Assembly: GCA_010405405.1 (NCBI GenBank)
Contig: MU004243.1
Coordinates: 739,340-803,339, forward strand
Reading direction: 5' to 3'
Source: Microthyrium microscopicum
Lineage: Eukaryota
DNA: 64,000 bases
Below are positions 63,232 to 64,000 of this stretch, piece after piece (the first letter of the stretch is position 1; each line of letters starts with the position of its first letter). The position numbers and the translations under genes are program-made. The notes beneath the pieces were generated by a model. The model saw only the letters and a program-made list of their open reading frames with translations, was not told the origin of the DNA and did not search any database.

Positions 63232-64000
63232 ACAATGACATGCATCACTCAGGAGTCAGATGCATTAATTTTCTACGAGGCTGTTTAGTTGAACCTTTTC
63301 AAGGAGACTGCTCCATACGTTGGCATGCCAGGTCATACTCTTACGTTACCCGAGGAGATGCCCCCCATTTTCAAATCTCTCTGGCTTCATAACATATTTT
63401 GCGATGCTGCAAGCTCGAAGTGTTGGAAACGGATAACGTTGGTCGTCGAGTCTTGTAAGGGGTGCAGGGACCTCTTAGCGCTCCATGCGCCACCTGTTTG
63501 GAGCAGGGGCTGATTTACTCTAACTTCCTCTTTTCTTTGTGCAGGCTTTCTTGCTCTTTCCCCCTGTTTTGTCCGCTTTTTAATGTTAGGATAATGAATA
63601 CACGCTATTGTCCCATACAACATCCTTTGTTTCCTGATATCAAGGTGTAAATTTGATCAAGATGTACCGCCCCCAGTTGGGCTTCCTGATGCCTGGGCGA
63701 AAAATATCTACAGCAGCGCTCAATACATACAGGCTTGAAGCATGTCTCCAATGGATGTCTCCAATGGATGTGAGCCCTGGGTCTTTGACCTTTCGAAGTT
63801 GGGATCATCATTATGATCATAGGACCATTGGTGTCTTGCTTGCCATTGAGCTCTTTCGAATAAACAGTCCCTATCTTAAAACCCATTTTCCATAACGTTT
63901 CTGTCTTTTTGATTACTTTCCACAAACGGCTTATTTCAGCACATTCCAGAGCGACTGATATTTGTGTAGATTCTCATCTACATTATTGAAGTATGGTTAG

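Noticed and set aside
1..64000. Starship captain or other giant-element boundary explaining the accessory island; rRNA or tRNA genes
   Set aside because: No DUF3435 tyrosine-recombinase-like ORF or structured RNA gene recognised in the window.

Overview
Eukaryotic DNA from a filamentous ascomycete (short GT-AG introns with CTRAC branch points, HET genes, a RIP-mutated transposon). About 1-33 kb is an accessory antagonism/secretome region: a HET-domain gene, a CFEM protein ending in KDEL, two LysM effectors, a Cys-rich mucin-like membrane protein, several small secreted proteins, and three co-oriented genes resembling a nuclear zymocin-type killer-toxin system (LysM-CBM18-GH18 chitinase with a hydrophobic beta-like tail, a non-secreted internally duplicated protein, and a secreted protein with gamma-toxin-like Glu/His/penultimate-Cys placement). 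About 33-52 kb holds mostly conserved genes (M3 peptidase, complex I 14 kDa subunit, Shg1/BOD1-domain protein, second HET gene, rhodanese, TRI12-like MFS, EthD, Zn-ADH, UPF0052). 52.4-55.3 kb is a heavily RIPed piggyBac element with intact TIRs, followed by two diverged tandem paralogs sharing an upstream motif and separated by a small TIR element. Exon structures and family calls were made by eye; no searches were run.
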